Shown here piece by piece: positions 22,653-37,100 of a stretch of 64,000 nucleotides of DNA. This DNA comes from an uncultured Planctomycetaceae bacterium (GTDB lineage: Bacteria > Planctomycetota > Planctomycetia > Pirellulales > PALSA-1355): NCBI GenBank assembly GCA_963785305.1, contig CAWAUV010000007.1:1568001-1632000 (forward strand), read 5' to 3'. The first letter of the stretch is position 1, and each line of letters begins with the position of its first letter. The position numbers were made by a program, and so were the translations under genes. The notes under the pieces are model-generated. The model saw only the letters and a program-made list of their open reading frames with translations. It ran no database searches and was not told the origin of the DNA.

Positions 22653-23375
22653 GGGGCGGCTCGCTTTCTGCAAAATTGCAGTGGAGTGGCCCACAGCGAC
22701 CTTCGCTTGGCGACGGGCGCGCTGTCTGGCGGGAGCATTCGGCATCGCGAGCAGTGCGCGATGCCTCTCTCTGTTAACCTACCCGGCGCGAGTTCGAGAT
22801 GACGAAACGAGGGTCCGAAAGGGAACGGCTTGTTAACTCTGAGAGGGTTGTTAACCAGAGATTTGGAGAGTTTTGGATCGAGATTCGAGGGTCCGAAAGG
22901 AACCTTGGGGGTTCCCTTCGGACCCCGATTGATCTCTCTCGAAACGGAGATCGCCGGGAGCGGCGGCGGGGTCGTCGCAAATCCTTGCGGCGAAAGGCCC
23001 GAAACGCCAAACGCCCGGCGGCCGATCGCTCGGAGCCGGGCGTTAACCGGTTGGGCGCGTCTGTACGCGGAAATTCAAAAAGCTCCCCGGTAGGAACCCT
23101 GCTCGAAACGAGGCGCACCACCACGGAGTTACACAAGCAGCACCTCGTCCGCCAGAATCTGCCGACTCGCCGTGATGAAATCATGCAGCGCAATCATGAC
23201 GCCCCCTCGCTCGTCGGTTTGCGGGCGACTCCAGCCGCGATCTCAATTCGCTTATCGCCCGCACTCGATCACTACTTCTCAGTTCTCGCGGTGAGTTCTC
23301 CGGCCACTTTCGCATAAACGGGCCGATCCGAACATCTGGCGGTTGGATGTCGAGCGACTTGAAATCGGCCATCCT

Positions 23376-24572
23376 TCATTGCCTCGACGCACCCGCGAGG
23401 CGTTCTAAATCATCCGCCAGTTCTCGCAAGGTGGCGGCGGAGTCGTGGGTGGCGTACTTCTCGGCGAAGCCCCGGGCGGCTTCGCCATATGTGGGCGACG
23501 CGAGCACTTGTCGCAGTTTCGTTTCCACGGCCGTTGGGTTGCCTGGGTCGGCGAGGTCCGCAAAACCTTCCTGACGCGCTCGGCGAGCTTGCATGAGCTG
23601 TTCCCAGTAGAGCGGTAGCAGGAAGGAGGGCTTGCCGGCGAGCAGCATCGCGGCGAGCGTTCCGTGCCCGCCGTTAAGAATCGCCAAGTCGCACTCGGCC
23701 GCGGCTTGGCAAATGTCGAGCGGCTCGCGATGGAAATGCAAGTTCACGGTAGCATGACGCCGCTCGAGCGCGGGATCGAAGCGATCGAGATAAGCCACCG
23801 TCGGAAAGCGCCATGTGGCCAAGCATTGCAGCAGGGCCCCGAGCGCGGGAAATGGCTTCAGGTAAACGAAAATCCGCTTGCCATCGCCGGGCGGCCAGCG
23901 AAACGGCTTGCCGAACGCGTCGGGCTGACATCCATAATAGCGAATCTCCGATCGCGGCCCGAAATGGTCGAGCTCCGGGTACGTGCAAAGTAGCGTGGCA
24001 TCGACCTGACGATAAAGATCGGCAAGGCTTTCCAGTGGCGGCTGGCCACGGGCCAAGAGTAATTGGCGCGCATTTCCGAGGGCCCTTCCGTCGGCGGCGG
24101 GGTCCGGCGGATTGGCCGACGCCTGGGCACGCAGGCGAGGCAAATCCGGCTCGGTCGTTGGACACGAAAACCCGACCCCGATCACGACGCGGCGAAACTC
24201 ATGCTCTCGGGCCGCGAGCAGCGCCATGGGGCTATGTTCGAAGAGCACGACGTCCGGTTTTGTCGCTTGAAAGATCGATCGCCAAGCCGCGGCGCCGATC
24301 GAAAGCCGCTCGTAGTCGCCGAAACCGACGTTCGCCAGCATCTGCCCAAACGTCTCGGGCTTGTCCATTCCCGGCGCCTGCCGCGGCAATGAAAAGGGCG
24401 CCTGCCAATACGACACGTCGACATCGCCGAACACCCGGCCAGCATGCGTCAGATCTCGCAGGGCCAAGTCGACCCGATGCCCGCGACGAACGAGCTCGCC
24501 GACGATCGGCTTGAGGCCGCCGAGGTGCCCCAGTCCGCCGCCCAGTTCCCAAGTCACGAGGAATTTCGCCAT
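23376..24572 (-). CDS. GT-B fold glycosyltransferase (GT1/GT28-like)
   Basis: N-terminal WELGGGLGHL; C-terminal ILNGGHGTLAAMLLAGKP..LPLYWEQ. Confidence 0.85.
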   Translation of the reverse strand: MAKFLVTWELGGGLGHLGGLKPIVGELVRRGHRVDLALRDLTHAGRVFGDVDVSYWQAPFSLPRQAPGMDKPETFGQMLANVGFGDYERLSIGAAAWRSIFQATKPDVVLFEHSPMALLAAREHEFRRVVIGVGFSCPTTEPDLPRLRAQASANPPDPAADGRALGNARQLLLARGQPPLESLADLYRQVDATLLCTYPELDHFGPRSEIRYYGCQPDAFGKPFRWPPGDGKRIFVYLKPFPALGALLQCLATWRFPTVAYLDRFDPALERRHATVNLHFHREPLDICQAAAECDLAILNGGHGTLAAMLLAGKPSFLLPLYWEQLMQARRARQEGFADLADPGNPTAVETKLRQVLASPTYGEAARGFAEKYATHDSAATLRELADDLERLAGASRQ

Positions 24573-25156
24573 CGGCGTTCACGGCAACGAAGGGGAAAAA
24601 GGCGGCGGAGAGAGTTCTCGCGGCATTGTTCTCAGCGTTCTCCGCGACGGTCACCAATCATCGCAGCCAAATTCTTGTTCACAAGCCTCGACCAAATATT
24701 CGGAAGCGGAATGAGCCTGCGGCATGACGTCGCTCGGTATCCCGGTCGACGGCGGATGCAATTCGCCGCGAAATAGGCCAGCTTTCAGTGAGGCAGCGCG
24801 CGAAAGAGCCAACGACGGAGCATTGTCCGCACTATACGCCTAATCGCCCTAAAAAAATATTTTGTTGCTGCGCAAGCTCTTTTGCCAGAATTAGTTATGC
24901 GGATTAACACCCCCCGATTGGAAAGGCGTGGAAGATTGCATTCCTTAACTGGGGATTCTAAATTCTCCGCTCCAGCGGGGTAGACCGGCGCATTCACGCA
25001 CTGCCCCTCCACGGATGGCGCTCTCTTTTTATCAACCCGTTTTGCTTCGCCTGGTAATGACGAAAATGCCGCGGCGTCGGCGCGGTAGCGCTGTGCCTTT
25101 GGCGTTTCCGGGGTCTTTTCGAACTCACGAGCCATCTCTTCGCAGGGAGACGTTCG

Positions 25157-28100
25157 ATGCGGCTTTCACCTCGCTCTTGGAGGAATACCGCCCGCGTTCT
25201 TGGGCTCGAGATTCGTGTCAAGCGGCGGCCCCGCCCCCAGAGCCGGCGAGCGGTTCTAGAGTCCCTTGAAGCGCGTCAACTGATGCACGCCTCTTCGGTG
25301 GTCGTGGATACTTCGATATCCGCGTCGGGCTACGGAGAGACTGTGGTTTTCACGGCCGATGTGACGCCGGCCGACGGATATGACGCCACCCCGACCGGCA
25401 CGGTGGATTTTGTTGATAGTTCCACCGGCACGGACCTGGGAACTGAAACGCTCGACGGCAACGGCGACGCCACGCTCACCACCGACTTGTTGAACGCCGG
25501 CGATCACACGATCGTCGCCACCTATAGCGGCGATTCGAACTTCGATTCCAGCAGCGCGTCGGTCGATCAAGAGTTCGATCAAGCTGCCGCGAGCGTGCAA
25601 TTCGCCTCCTCGGCCGATGACGTGGTGTATGGCCAACCGGTCACGCTCACGGCGAACGTCGCCGCCTATGGCGGATATGCAGGCACGCCGACCGGCTCGG
25701 TCGATTTCTACGACGAGACGACCGGCGAGGACCTGGGTTCCGCGTCTCTCGATGGCAGCGGCGACGCCAGCATGACTCTCCCCAACCTTAGCGTCGGCGA
25801 TCACACGATCGAAGTCACCTATAGCGGCGACGGAAATTTCCTGGGAGGCTCGAGCGATTCTTACGTCGATGGCGGCAATTCGTTTGTCCAAGAGATCGAT
25901 CAGGCTTCGGTGGTGGTCTCGGCGGAAACATCGAGCTCGTCGGCGAACTACGGGGACTACCTCACATTCACGGCCACGGTGAGCGCGGCCGGTGGTAGCT
26001 CCGGCACGCCCACCGGATCGGTCGATTTTTATGACGAGAGCACGGAGCAGGACTTGGGCTCGATTGAACTCGACGGCACGGGCACGGCGAGCTTATCGAC
26101 TTCCAATCTGGGCGTTGGCGATCAGTCGATCGAAGCGATTTATAGCGGGGACTCGTATTTCGCGTCTGGCAACGCTTCGTTCGATCAGCAAGTCAGTGCC
26201 CCGACAGGAATATCGATTTCTTCGCCCGATGGAACGTCGTTCGCATACGGCCAAACGGCCAATCTCGAGGCGTTTGTTTACTCTTACGGCGGCGTTCCGA
26301 CCGGTTCGGTTGACTTTTACAACGAATTGACCGGCGTGGATTATGGCTCGGTCGAACTCGATGGCTCCGGATACGCGGGGCTCGCAACGGGCGATATTGG
26401 TGTCGGAGATGACGAGATCGTCGCCACATACAATGGCGAGGGCGGTTTCGAGAGTAGCAACGCGTCGTTGGAGGTAGATGTTTATGCCACGTCGTCGGTG
26501 GTATTGACAAGCTCTATTCCAAATCCTTCCGTCTATGGCGAATCGGTTACGTTCGCGGCCGCGGTTTCAGGAAGCTATGGTGGCGTCGCCACCGGCACGG
26601 TCGATTTCTATGACGAAACAACCGGTGAGGACCTGGGAACCGTCGCCCTCGATGGCAATGGCGACGCCAATCTTTCCACCAGCAATCTCTCGGTCGAAGA
26701 CCATACGATCGTCGCCACCTACAGCGGCGACTCGAACCTGTACGGCAGCCAAGACTCGTTGACACAGGAAGTGGACTACGGCACGACAACGACCCTCTCG
26801 AGCAGCACGCCTAATCCATCGATCTACGGCGAAAACGTGACGTTCACCGCCGTCGTCAGCGCTAGCAATGGGGTGTCAGGCATTCCCACCGGCTCGGTCG
26901 ACTTCTACGACGAAACGACGGGACAAGACTTGGGGACGGCCACCCTTGACGGCAATGGCGACGCCAGTCTTTCAGTCGGCAATCTCATTGCCGAAGATCA
27001 TTCGATCGTCGCCACATATAGCGGCGACTCGAACTGGGACGAAAGCCAGGACTCGCTCACGCAAGAAGTCGAATACGCTCCGACAACGATCCTCGCAAGC
27101 GGCGAGCCCGATCCTTCCGCGTACGGCCAGCCATTAACGCTCACCGCCGTGGTTTCGAACTCCTACGGGGGCGTCCCAACCGGCTCGGTGGACTTCTACG
27201 ACGAAACCACGAGCACCGATCTCGGCACTTATAGTCTCGACGACACGGGCATGGCCAGCTTCTCGACTTCGGGCCTGCCGGTTGGCGATCAAGCTATCGT
27301 GGCCAGCTATAGCGGGGACTCGAATTACTATTCTTCGTCGGCCACGACCGATTCGATGGTCTACAGCATTGGCCCGAGCATCAGCGCCGAGCGGCCAAAC
27401 CGGCGATGAAGACGTTCCGATATCGTTTTCGAGTAGTGGCGGCAGCGCCATCACCGTCAACGATCCGGATGTTACGAACCTCTCCGTGACGCTTTCCGTC
27501 GCGAACGGGATCTTGAACTTGGGCTGGAACGTCGACTCCAGTCTGAATGTTTCCGGGCAAGGTTCGAGCTTGCTCACGATCGAGGGCGATCAGTCGCTCA
27601 TCAATCAAGCGCTGGATGGTCTTTATTATACGGCCGACCCGGATTTTTACGGCAGCGACACGCTGTCGATCACCGCCGACGACTTGAGCGGCTCAGCCGA
27701 TGGCACGGACCATACCACAACTTCTAGCGTGTCGATTACTGTCCTAACGCCGCCGAGTCTAAGTGTGCCGGGCGACCAAGTGATGGCGGCCTTCGGCGGC
27801 GATGCCGGCGGCGCGGTAACTTTTTCAGCGGCGAACGGCTCCGCCATCACGGTCGGCGATTCCAATTCCGCTGTGAGCATCTTACAAGTCGCTCTTTCCG
27901 ATAATTACGGCAACCTCGATCTGGCGGATACCAGTGGAATAACGTTCGACGAAGGAAGCAACAATAGCCAAAGCTTCACGATCGAGGGCACGGTTGCCGA
28001 CTTGAACAATGCTCTCGACGGACTGACCTATCAACAGGAAAGCTTTGGCTCGATCAACCCCGACACACTCACCGTGAGTGTCGATGATCTGACCGGTTCC

Positions 28101-31100
28101 GGCTACGGAGGTATCGTCTCGTCGGAAGTCGGGATCGACATCCCGCCGCCAAGCATTTCTGTTACGAGCGGTGTTTCCGGCAGTTATGGCGGCGAAGTCG
28201 ATCCGGGCATCTTCCTCGACGATCTCACCGGCGATGAATTGGAATTGACTTTGCAGGTTACTGGAAACGAAGGGGGCTCGTTGTGGTCACCCCTCACGGG
28301 CCAAGGCGGCACGACTTTGGTGCTTCAAGACACGGCGTCGAACCTCAACAACGATCTGCAAAATCTCGAATACAGCTACGGTGATCCGGACGGCGGAACC
28401 GACACGATTTTGATTTCCGTCACCGATCTAACGACGGGCGCGAGCGGCAGTGCGATCCAGTACATCTCCGATCCGGCTTCGCAACCTTACCTGAGTATCG
28501 ACGGAAGCAATCCCGACGTCGAGCAAGATCAGACAGCGAGTGTCCAGCTCTATGTGAGCGACTCGATTCCGCAAATGGATAATTTCAATTTTACGGTTTC
28601 CTCGGATTCGCCCGACGTCACGGGCGCGGGCGTTTCTTACTCCGGCGGCAATGATACCGCGACATTTACTTGGACTCCCGGAACTCAGAACTCGGGAAAT
28701 TACACGTTCACGATATCCGTATCGGACGGATTCAGCACGGCGAGCATGCAGCTCGAAATCGGCGTGATCGACGAGACGCCCGTCTTCGAGCCCATTTCAG
28801 ACCAATCGGTCACGGATGGGAGCGCGCTCTCATTCGACGCCCAAGCGAACTGCCCCGATAGTTCGATTGGCGTCAACTACAGCGTGGATACGTCGATTCC
28901 CGGCGTTTACATCGATCCCAACAGCGGCCAAATGTGGATCGGAACGAACAACCTGCCGACCGGCGTCTATCCCGTGACGGTCATGGCGACCAACTCGCTC
29001 GGCGAAAGCGCCGCCCAAACGTTCAATGTCGATGTAACGAGCGACGCGACCAATCCGGCCACCTTGAACACAGGCTCCAACCAATCGACGCCCACCATCG
29101 CCAGCGACGCGCTTGGAGACTATATCGCGGCTTGGTACGGAGTTGACTCGCAAACCGGCGCGGCCGGCATTTATGGCCAAGCCTTCTCGCCCTCCGGCGT
29201 CGCCGAGGGAGGCAACTTCTTGATCGCCCAAACCGTGGGCGGCTATGGCGGCGCGCCCTCGATCGCCATGAACGGCGCCGGAAAGTTCGTGGTCTCCTGG
29301 TGGGATAACGGTTCCGTTTACGCGGAACAGTTCGCCGCGTATAGCGGCGCGGCCGGCGGTCCCACTTCCACCAGCGCGGTTCAACAAGTCAATCCTTCCG
29401 GAACGGCGGCCTCGGAGCCCTCGGTAGCTATTGGATCGGACGGGGCCTATGTCATTGCGTGGTATGGCGATGATACATCGGGCAACGATGGCGTTTACGC
29501 CGAGCAGTTCTCATCCAGCGGCGCCGCGAGCGGCAGCGTCGTGCAAGTCGTCGGCTTGGGCGCATCACAACCGTCGGTCGTCATGGACGCCAACGACAAC
29601 TTCCTGGTCGCCTGGAACTGGTCCGGCTCGGCCTATGCGATGGAGTTCGCCGCCGATGGCTCCGTGCTGCAAACCGCTTTCGAAGTCGCCGGCTCTGAAA
29701 GCGTGGCCGCGCTGGCCGCCGGCATGGGGCCCAATGGCCAGTTCGCGATCGCCTGGAGCACGGGCGACAACGGCGGCTCGGTCGAAGCCGTGAACTACAC
29801 AGCGGCTTGCCAGGCGGTCGAGAATACACCGATCATCGTCGATAGCAATCAGCCCGGCGACGACAACACCTCGCAGCCGCTGGGCGTCGCCATCGATGGC
29901 TCCGGCTATTTCATGGTCACCTGGTACGATGGCATTTCGGGCGGTTCCTACCCGCTCGGCACGGAAGACGCCATCTACAGCCCCAGCGGCGCCGTGGCCC
30001 AAAGCGCCCAGTGGCTCGACGCGATCAACCCCAACCAGTTGGTGACCGACAGCGCCGATTACTGGTTCAATTACCAGGACTCCGGCGGCGCCGCCGTCTC
30101 GACGGGCGACTCCGGCGCCTTCGCCGCCGCCTGGACCCACCCCGCCTGGGACGGCAACTCCAACGCCATCTACACCCAACCGCTGACCGTCGTTGAGCCG
30201 CTCGCGCTAGCCGCTCAACAACCCGGGTTACTAACGATCACGGCGGGCGCGGCGGCGACAACGCTCGACGTGAGCAGCGCCTTCGTCGAAAACGGCGCCG
30301 ACGATCCGCTCGTCTACAGCGTGTCGACCGACATTGAATCCAGCCTCGTAACGGCGAATTTCACGGACTCCGTATTGTCGCTCGGCGCACCGGCCGGAGT
30401 CACCGGCCTTGCCAACCTGACCATTCGCGCCACCGACACCGTCACGGGGAATTTCGTGGAATTCCCATTGGCTGTCACGGTGGCCGAGCCTCCGCCCATG
30501 CTCGCATCCATCGCGGACCAGACCATTGATGAGGGACGCTCGCTGACCTTCACGGCCAGCGCCACCGGCGCCGATCCACTGATTTACAGTCTTGCCGCCA
30601 CGAATCCCGACGGCTCGACCCCGCCCGCCGGCGCGACGATCGATCCCACGACGGGCAAATTCATCTGGAAACCGGCCAACGTGGTTCCGGGGTCTTATGA
30701 ATTCACGGTCGTAGTCAGCGATCCCGACGCCGCGCCCCAGTCGGTCAGTCGGACGTTCAACGTTCAACTCGACAGCCAGCCTATCTCGATTCTCGGCATT
30801 ACGAATCAGAGCGCGGCCGCCGACGCGCCGTTCGCCATCGGTCTCACGGCTAGCGAGCCCGGCTTTGATCCATCGTATCTTTCCTTCGGCCTGGCAGACG
30901 GCGCTCCCCAAGGGGCTGCCATCACGCCGCAAGGGAATCTCACATGGACACCAACCGACAGCCAAGCCGCCAAGTCGTATGCGATTTCGATCGTGGTTAC
31001 CAACACGCTAAGCCACGAATCGACGACCCAGACGATGTTGCTTACCGTGACTCCAAGCGCGGCGGCTCAGGTAGGCCAAATCGCCACCACTTCGGCCGAC

Positions 31101-34100
31101 AGTTTCTTGCAGCAGGGCAGCGACTGGGCCACGACGCCGAGTCAGGATCAGTCAGCGTCGATCGTCACGCACGCGGCAGGCACGGGTGATGCGACGGCCG
31201 GGTGGACGCTGTCCGGACTCGATCCGACCGAGCATTATGACGTTTATGTGAGCTGGCCCGCAGGCGCGAATCTTGCCACGAATGCGCCATTCACGATAAG
31301 CGACAACGGCGTCACGCCAACCACGGTCCAGGTCAATCAGCAACTTCCTCCCGATGGCCCGTCGACCGCCGGCCAAACATGGCAGTTGCTTGGAAATTAC
31401 GCGTTCAGTTCCGGCACGCTCGACCTGCGACTTTCGGACGACGCCGATGGCGCCGTGGCCGCGGGCGCGATTCGAGTGGTGGCTGCTGCCCCGCAGGCAA
31501 GCGGCGCTTCCGGTTCCGCTGTCGGCTCGCAATCAATCCCCGACGTGAACTTGACGTCGAGCGGCGATACCCCGTCGCAGACAATTGCCATTTCGGATTA
31601 TTTTACCGGCGACGATTTGACATTCGTCGCGGCCAGCGATCAACCGAGCCTTGTGAACGCGGTCGTCGTGGGCGGCGCACTGACTCTAAGTTTCAGCCCG
31701 GGAGTCTTCGTTCAAGTTTCGCGTTTTTTGCTAGCACTCGAATCGCCGATTTCTCGTGGGTTTTGCACAGTTTGACGGCCGAACTGCCAATTTTTGCATG
31801 TTACCGAGAGGCCGAAGGTTGCCGGAAACGCGCCGAAATCGGAGAAACCACGACGAATCGGGCTATCGGAACTTTTGAAAACCGCGAAAGTCGAACTTCG
31901 GGATGGCTACGATCACGGTCCGAGCAACTGACGCCTATGGCAATTGGGCGGATGAAACATTCACGGTCAACGTCACGCCTGCACCACCCATGGTCACCGA
32001 GCCGTTCGACGACATCACGGTCGGCGGCGATCCGTCGTATCAATCAATCGACTTGACGGATCACTTCGCTGGTAACGGGCAAGACGATGGGTCTCAATTA
32101 ACATACAAAGTGATTTCCGGCGGCACGAGCGTGGTTTCGGCTACCATTGTGAACCAGCAACTTGATTTGCAGTTTCTCGGCGGGCAATCCGGCGAACAGA
32201 CGATCACGATCGAAGCGGAAGATAGCTTCGATCAAACCGCAACCGCGCAACTGCAAGTTACCGTCGTCGGCCCACCGACGTCGACGCGGCAACTCCCCGG
32301 CGTTGCCGTATTCGAAGGCGCGGATTCTCAAGATGTTTCGCTCGATGAATATTTCGAGGCGCAACAGCCCGCCGACGGGAGCGACGACAATACGCTCGCG
32401 TATACGGCGACCGCCGCTAACGGAGACATCGTGGACGCCGATGTCAATGGTTCCGACTTGAATCTGAGCTTCGATGAACCGGGCAAGACGACGATTACCG
32501 TCGTCGCCACGGACAGCTTCGGTCAATCCGTCTCTCAACCATTCAACGTGTTTGTCGACGCGACTCCGACGATCGCCTCGCTTAAAGCCAGCGCCTCGAG
32601 CGTGCAGATCGGCGCCCAGTTCTCGCTGATCGCGAAAAACGTGAACGACGAAACAAGCGACATCGCTTCGGTCGCCTTCTTCCAAACAGACGACGATTCT
32701 TCCGATCTTGATCTCGCTGACGCGACACTCTTGGGTTCGGGTATCCAGTCGGGAACCGACTGGACGTTATCGGGCGTGAGTCAAACCACCCTCGGCTCTG
32801 AGACGTATTTCGCGATTGCCACCGACGCGATGGGAAATCCGAGCGACCCCCAGCAAGTCTCGGTCACAACGACATTGCCCCCACCGGTGATCGAGCCGCT
32901 GCCGAGTGAACAAGTATCAGTTGGCAGCCCCTTGCAACTTACGGTGAGCGCCTCGGAGCCAACTGATTCCTATGATGACTCCGACAATATCGCCATAGGC
33001 TACAGCCTGGATCCGAGTTCCGCGTTCGGGGATAGCTTACCCTCCGGCGCCAGTATTGATGCTGGCAGCGGTGTTTTTTCCTGGACGCCAACCGCCGCGG
33101 ATGTCGGAACGCACTACATAACCGTGCGCGCTACCGCGAATGATTCGAGCCAGTCATCGTCCGCGACAAACGGAAGTTCGACGCACACTTTCGCAATCAC
33201 GGTCAACTCCGCGCAAATTCCGTCGATTTCGGCGGCGCTTATTCCGACGGCTCCGGATACAGTGGGTGAGTCGTTGGACACTGCGACCGGCAATTCATGG
33301 GACGGGGACTTGGCTTTCACATGGGGTGGAGACGAACCTACTTTTCCCGCCTACGTCGATTTCGAACTTGCAATTACCTTAGGCGGAACCGGCAACGATT
33401 CCTTGTCGTATTCCGTGGGTCAGATTACCGTGGCGAACGGCAGCAGCCCACCACCGGCCCCGACAGTGACATCCGATGGCGGGAACACGGCGACTCTAGA
33501 CTGGAATATTCCCACGCCGATGCAACCCGACGTCTACGGCGTTCCCGTCACGGTCAGCAGCAATGGAGTCGAAATAGTCGCGAAGATGCTTTATCTTGAA
33601 GTCGATTATGGGCAAGTGGACGAACTATGGGATCATGTCGACAGTCAGGGATTGGAAATTGCGGCATATGGGGATTACGCCGCGCCGACAGCGGCTGATT
33701 TGAGCCTGGCGACGCCAAGTGGGACACCGCTTTCCGCCTTGGCGATTTCTTATGAAAGCGGCATGGACTTTCCCCTTACGAACGAAAACGACATCATCTC
33801 CGAACCAAACAACGGAACGCTTTCGCGGAACACTTCGACCGGAGAATGGATTTATACACCGAATCCGGGATTCGTCGGCACGGACAGTTTCACTTATCAA
33901 ACCGATCAGTTGTTTCCAAGCAATCATCCGGAATACGACATTGTCGGTGGCCCCTACGTCAGCAATACCGCGACCGTCACCATAGATGTGACGGCAACCG
34001 GCCAACTCACGATGATTTCGCCATTGAACGTTCCCGATAACCTAAACCAAACCCCCGGCGGACTCATACCGGTTTACTCGCCCGACTTGAACGATCCGAA

Positions 34101-37100
34101 CACAGCGGACTTAGGTTGGCTTTCCATCGACATCCAACAACCCGGAGACAGCTATTTCAAACTTGCGACGAGCGGCGATGGTCTTGACTTTTACCAGATG
34201 ACCGGCGGCCAACTATCGCCTTTGCCGGACGGCTGGCTCGATTATAATTCCGGCGATTATTCGACTATTTACGTTGCGGGTGAATCCGCGAGTCAGTCCG
34301 TGGGCGATGACACGATCACGTTGAACTGGTCGAATTCGGCGGACGGCTCATCGCCAATCGAGCTCGACACATTGGCCCTTACCGTCGTCCAGGGCGCTTT
34401 GGAAGTGGAGCCGACCGATGGACAAAGTGACGGCGCGGCGGCTCACACCTCGCAGGGCATGCTCCTGCCCATCAATAGTGCGGGCAACCAGCCGCAACTC
34501 GTGCCATTGATCTTGAACGAACTGTCGCCGGCCAAGGGAGGGGCGTACAGTTTGGAGTTCACCGGTGGTATAACCGTCTATCAAGATGCCGATGGCTCGC
34601 AGCCGGTTGTCGGCTTGAATCAATATAGCCCATATGGCGCGACGCGATTCGCCACCAGCCAGCAAACAACGCTGTACGTCGAAGGAACTTCCACCGGCGA
34701 CGCCTCGATCAGTTTGATTTGGTCATCGATCCCGGTCGACGATTCGGCAATCGACAACGCTCCGCAAGCACAATTCACGCTCGACACGGTCAATTTCGAC
34801 GTGGTGAATGGCTCGCTGTCCATCGCTTCTCCCGGACAAGAATCCCCCGGTCTCTCCGGGTATCAAGTAGTCAATCCCGGCGGCTTTGTTCCGGTTCACG
34901 TGCCGGGCATTACGACTCCGGCCGGAGCGACGGTATCCGCAAGCAGCGATCAGGCGACTTTGACTCTCTGGCTGCCTCCCACGACGGATGCCGGCGCCTA
35001 TTACACGCTGACCTTCGACTCCAGTCAAGTCAAAGTCTGGACGACTTCAACGGACGAAACCGACGACGATGACGGCGACGCGAATTCGGATGATGAAGTA
35101 CAAAGCGACGAAACTCAGTTCCAACCCGGCACGGGAATAACGTCGCAAGTCACGCTGTATATCGAAGGCATTTCGGCCAGCGATAACCTTAGGGACGTGA
35201 GTTTTTCGCTCAACTACGTCCTACCTGCCGACAGCGACTCGGACGGCGGCGGCTCGGGCGGAAGCGGCTCGGGCGGGGATGACGAGTCGGGTGGCGATTC
35301 CGGCGATGGGAATCAATCCGTGGTCGTGAGCAAGGCCAATCTGACTGTGGTTCAAGGCAGTCTCACCGTCGTCGCGCCGGATGGCACGACCTATACCGAC
35401 CAGGACAATGATCCGAGCGACGCCTATCGCACGACCCCCGGCGCGTTGTTTCAGCTTCAACTCGGGAGCATCGATCCCGAGAGCGCCGGCGGCATGTATG
35501 AGCTGAATTTCGACTCCAGCGACGTACAAGTCTGGCTCGACCCGGACCGCCAACAGCCGGTCATCAGCGGCTCGACCTTGCTCGATGCTTCGCAATTGAA
35601 TTCGCTCTATGCCGCCCTCACCGGCGCCGCGCTCACGGACAACGCGAATAGCGACGTCGACGACGGACTGCCGCCGTTGCAAGGAATCCAACTGCTGTGG
35701 ACGCCAGACCCTGTTACTTCCTCAGGCTCTTCTCTCGACGAATCCTATGGCGGCAGCCAAGACGTTGCCGGTAGTTGGGCCAGTAGTAGCTCGGAAAGCG
35801 GCGGTGGCGCCGGCATGCCGAGCTACGGCGGGCAAAACGGCCCGTATCAGATCGGCTGGATGCCCGTCGACTTGGTCAAAGTCGGGCTGGAGCAATCGTC
35901 GCTCACCGTCACCGCCACCGACCAATATGCGCAAGCGCCACCGAGGGCGACACCGGGACGGATACCGCGACTTTCGTATTCAGCCGCGGCGAGCAGTACA
36001 CCTCGGGCGCCGTCAACATCACGTTCACGATCAACTCATCGCTGACCGACGCCGCGCAGCCGGGCGTCGACTTCGATTTCGAGGGACTCGGCAACTTCGG
36101 GGGTTTGGTCTCCGGCGATGGGACTTCCGACGACACCGATACCGATGATGATACCGCGACCGAATACACCATTACCATTCCAGCCGGCTGGTCCAGCGTT
36201 CAACTCATCGCCATTCCCCTGGGAGTCGATGGCCCCGCCTGGGACAAGACGATCCAGATCGAACTCCAGAGCGACAACCAGCCCGATTTCTATCTGCTGG
36301 GCGATCAAGGCGATGACGATTCGTCTGGCGCAAGCGGTGATGAAGATGGGAGCGAAGACGCCGACTATAGCGGCGACGCCGCCAGCGACGGGATGCAAGC
36401 CACGGCCTACATTCTCAATCAAGACGGCATCGGCGGCCAGGTGGATCAAAACGTCGACGCCTCCAGCACCGGCCAAACGGAGGCCACCATCAGCCAAGGA
36501 GCGGTGACCGTCGGTCTTCAGCAGGGGGATGTCTCTTACAGTCTGCCGGGACCTGACGGCGGCTTGACGCCGACCTACACCGGCGACACCAGCGTTGTTC
36601 CTCTCGTGTCCGTCGAAATGACCTTACCCGACGATGCCGGCGATCCGAGTTCCGTGTCGGCGCAGCTTACGCTCTACGACGCCGAAGATGACATGCGGCT
36701 TACCAACTCGGCAAGTTTCTCCACGGGGAATGTTCCGGCGTCCGGCGGGGCGCTCGACTTCGTTCTCCAAGGCAGCCAACAGATCGCCGATGAGCTCGCC
36801 AGCGGGAATTACGACTACACGGTGCGGTTCTCGTTCGATATCGACGGCGAGACGCACATCCGCACCGTGACCGGCTCGACGCAGATCATCAATCTGACGA
36901 ACAATTCCGTCGGCGCCAGCCAACTCGGCGCCGGCTGGTCCATTGATTCCCTTCAGAGCCTAATTCCCGACGATGGCTCCGCGTCGCCGCTCGCCGACAA
37001 TGGCCTCGTCGTGCCGACCGGCATGGCGCTCATCCGCGGCGACGGCACGGCGGCGTATTTCTCGGGCACGCCCAATTACAACGACGCCAACAGCGTAACC

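Noticed and set aside
25290..27360. ~300-bp periodic DNA repeats
   Set aside because: Explained by tandem Ig-like protein domains.
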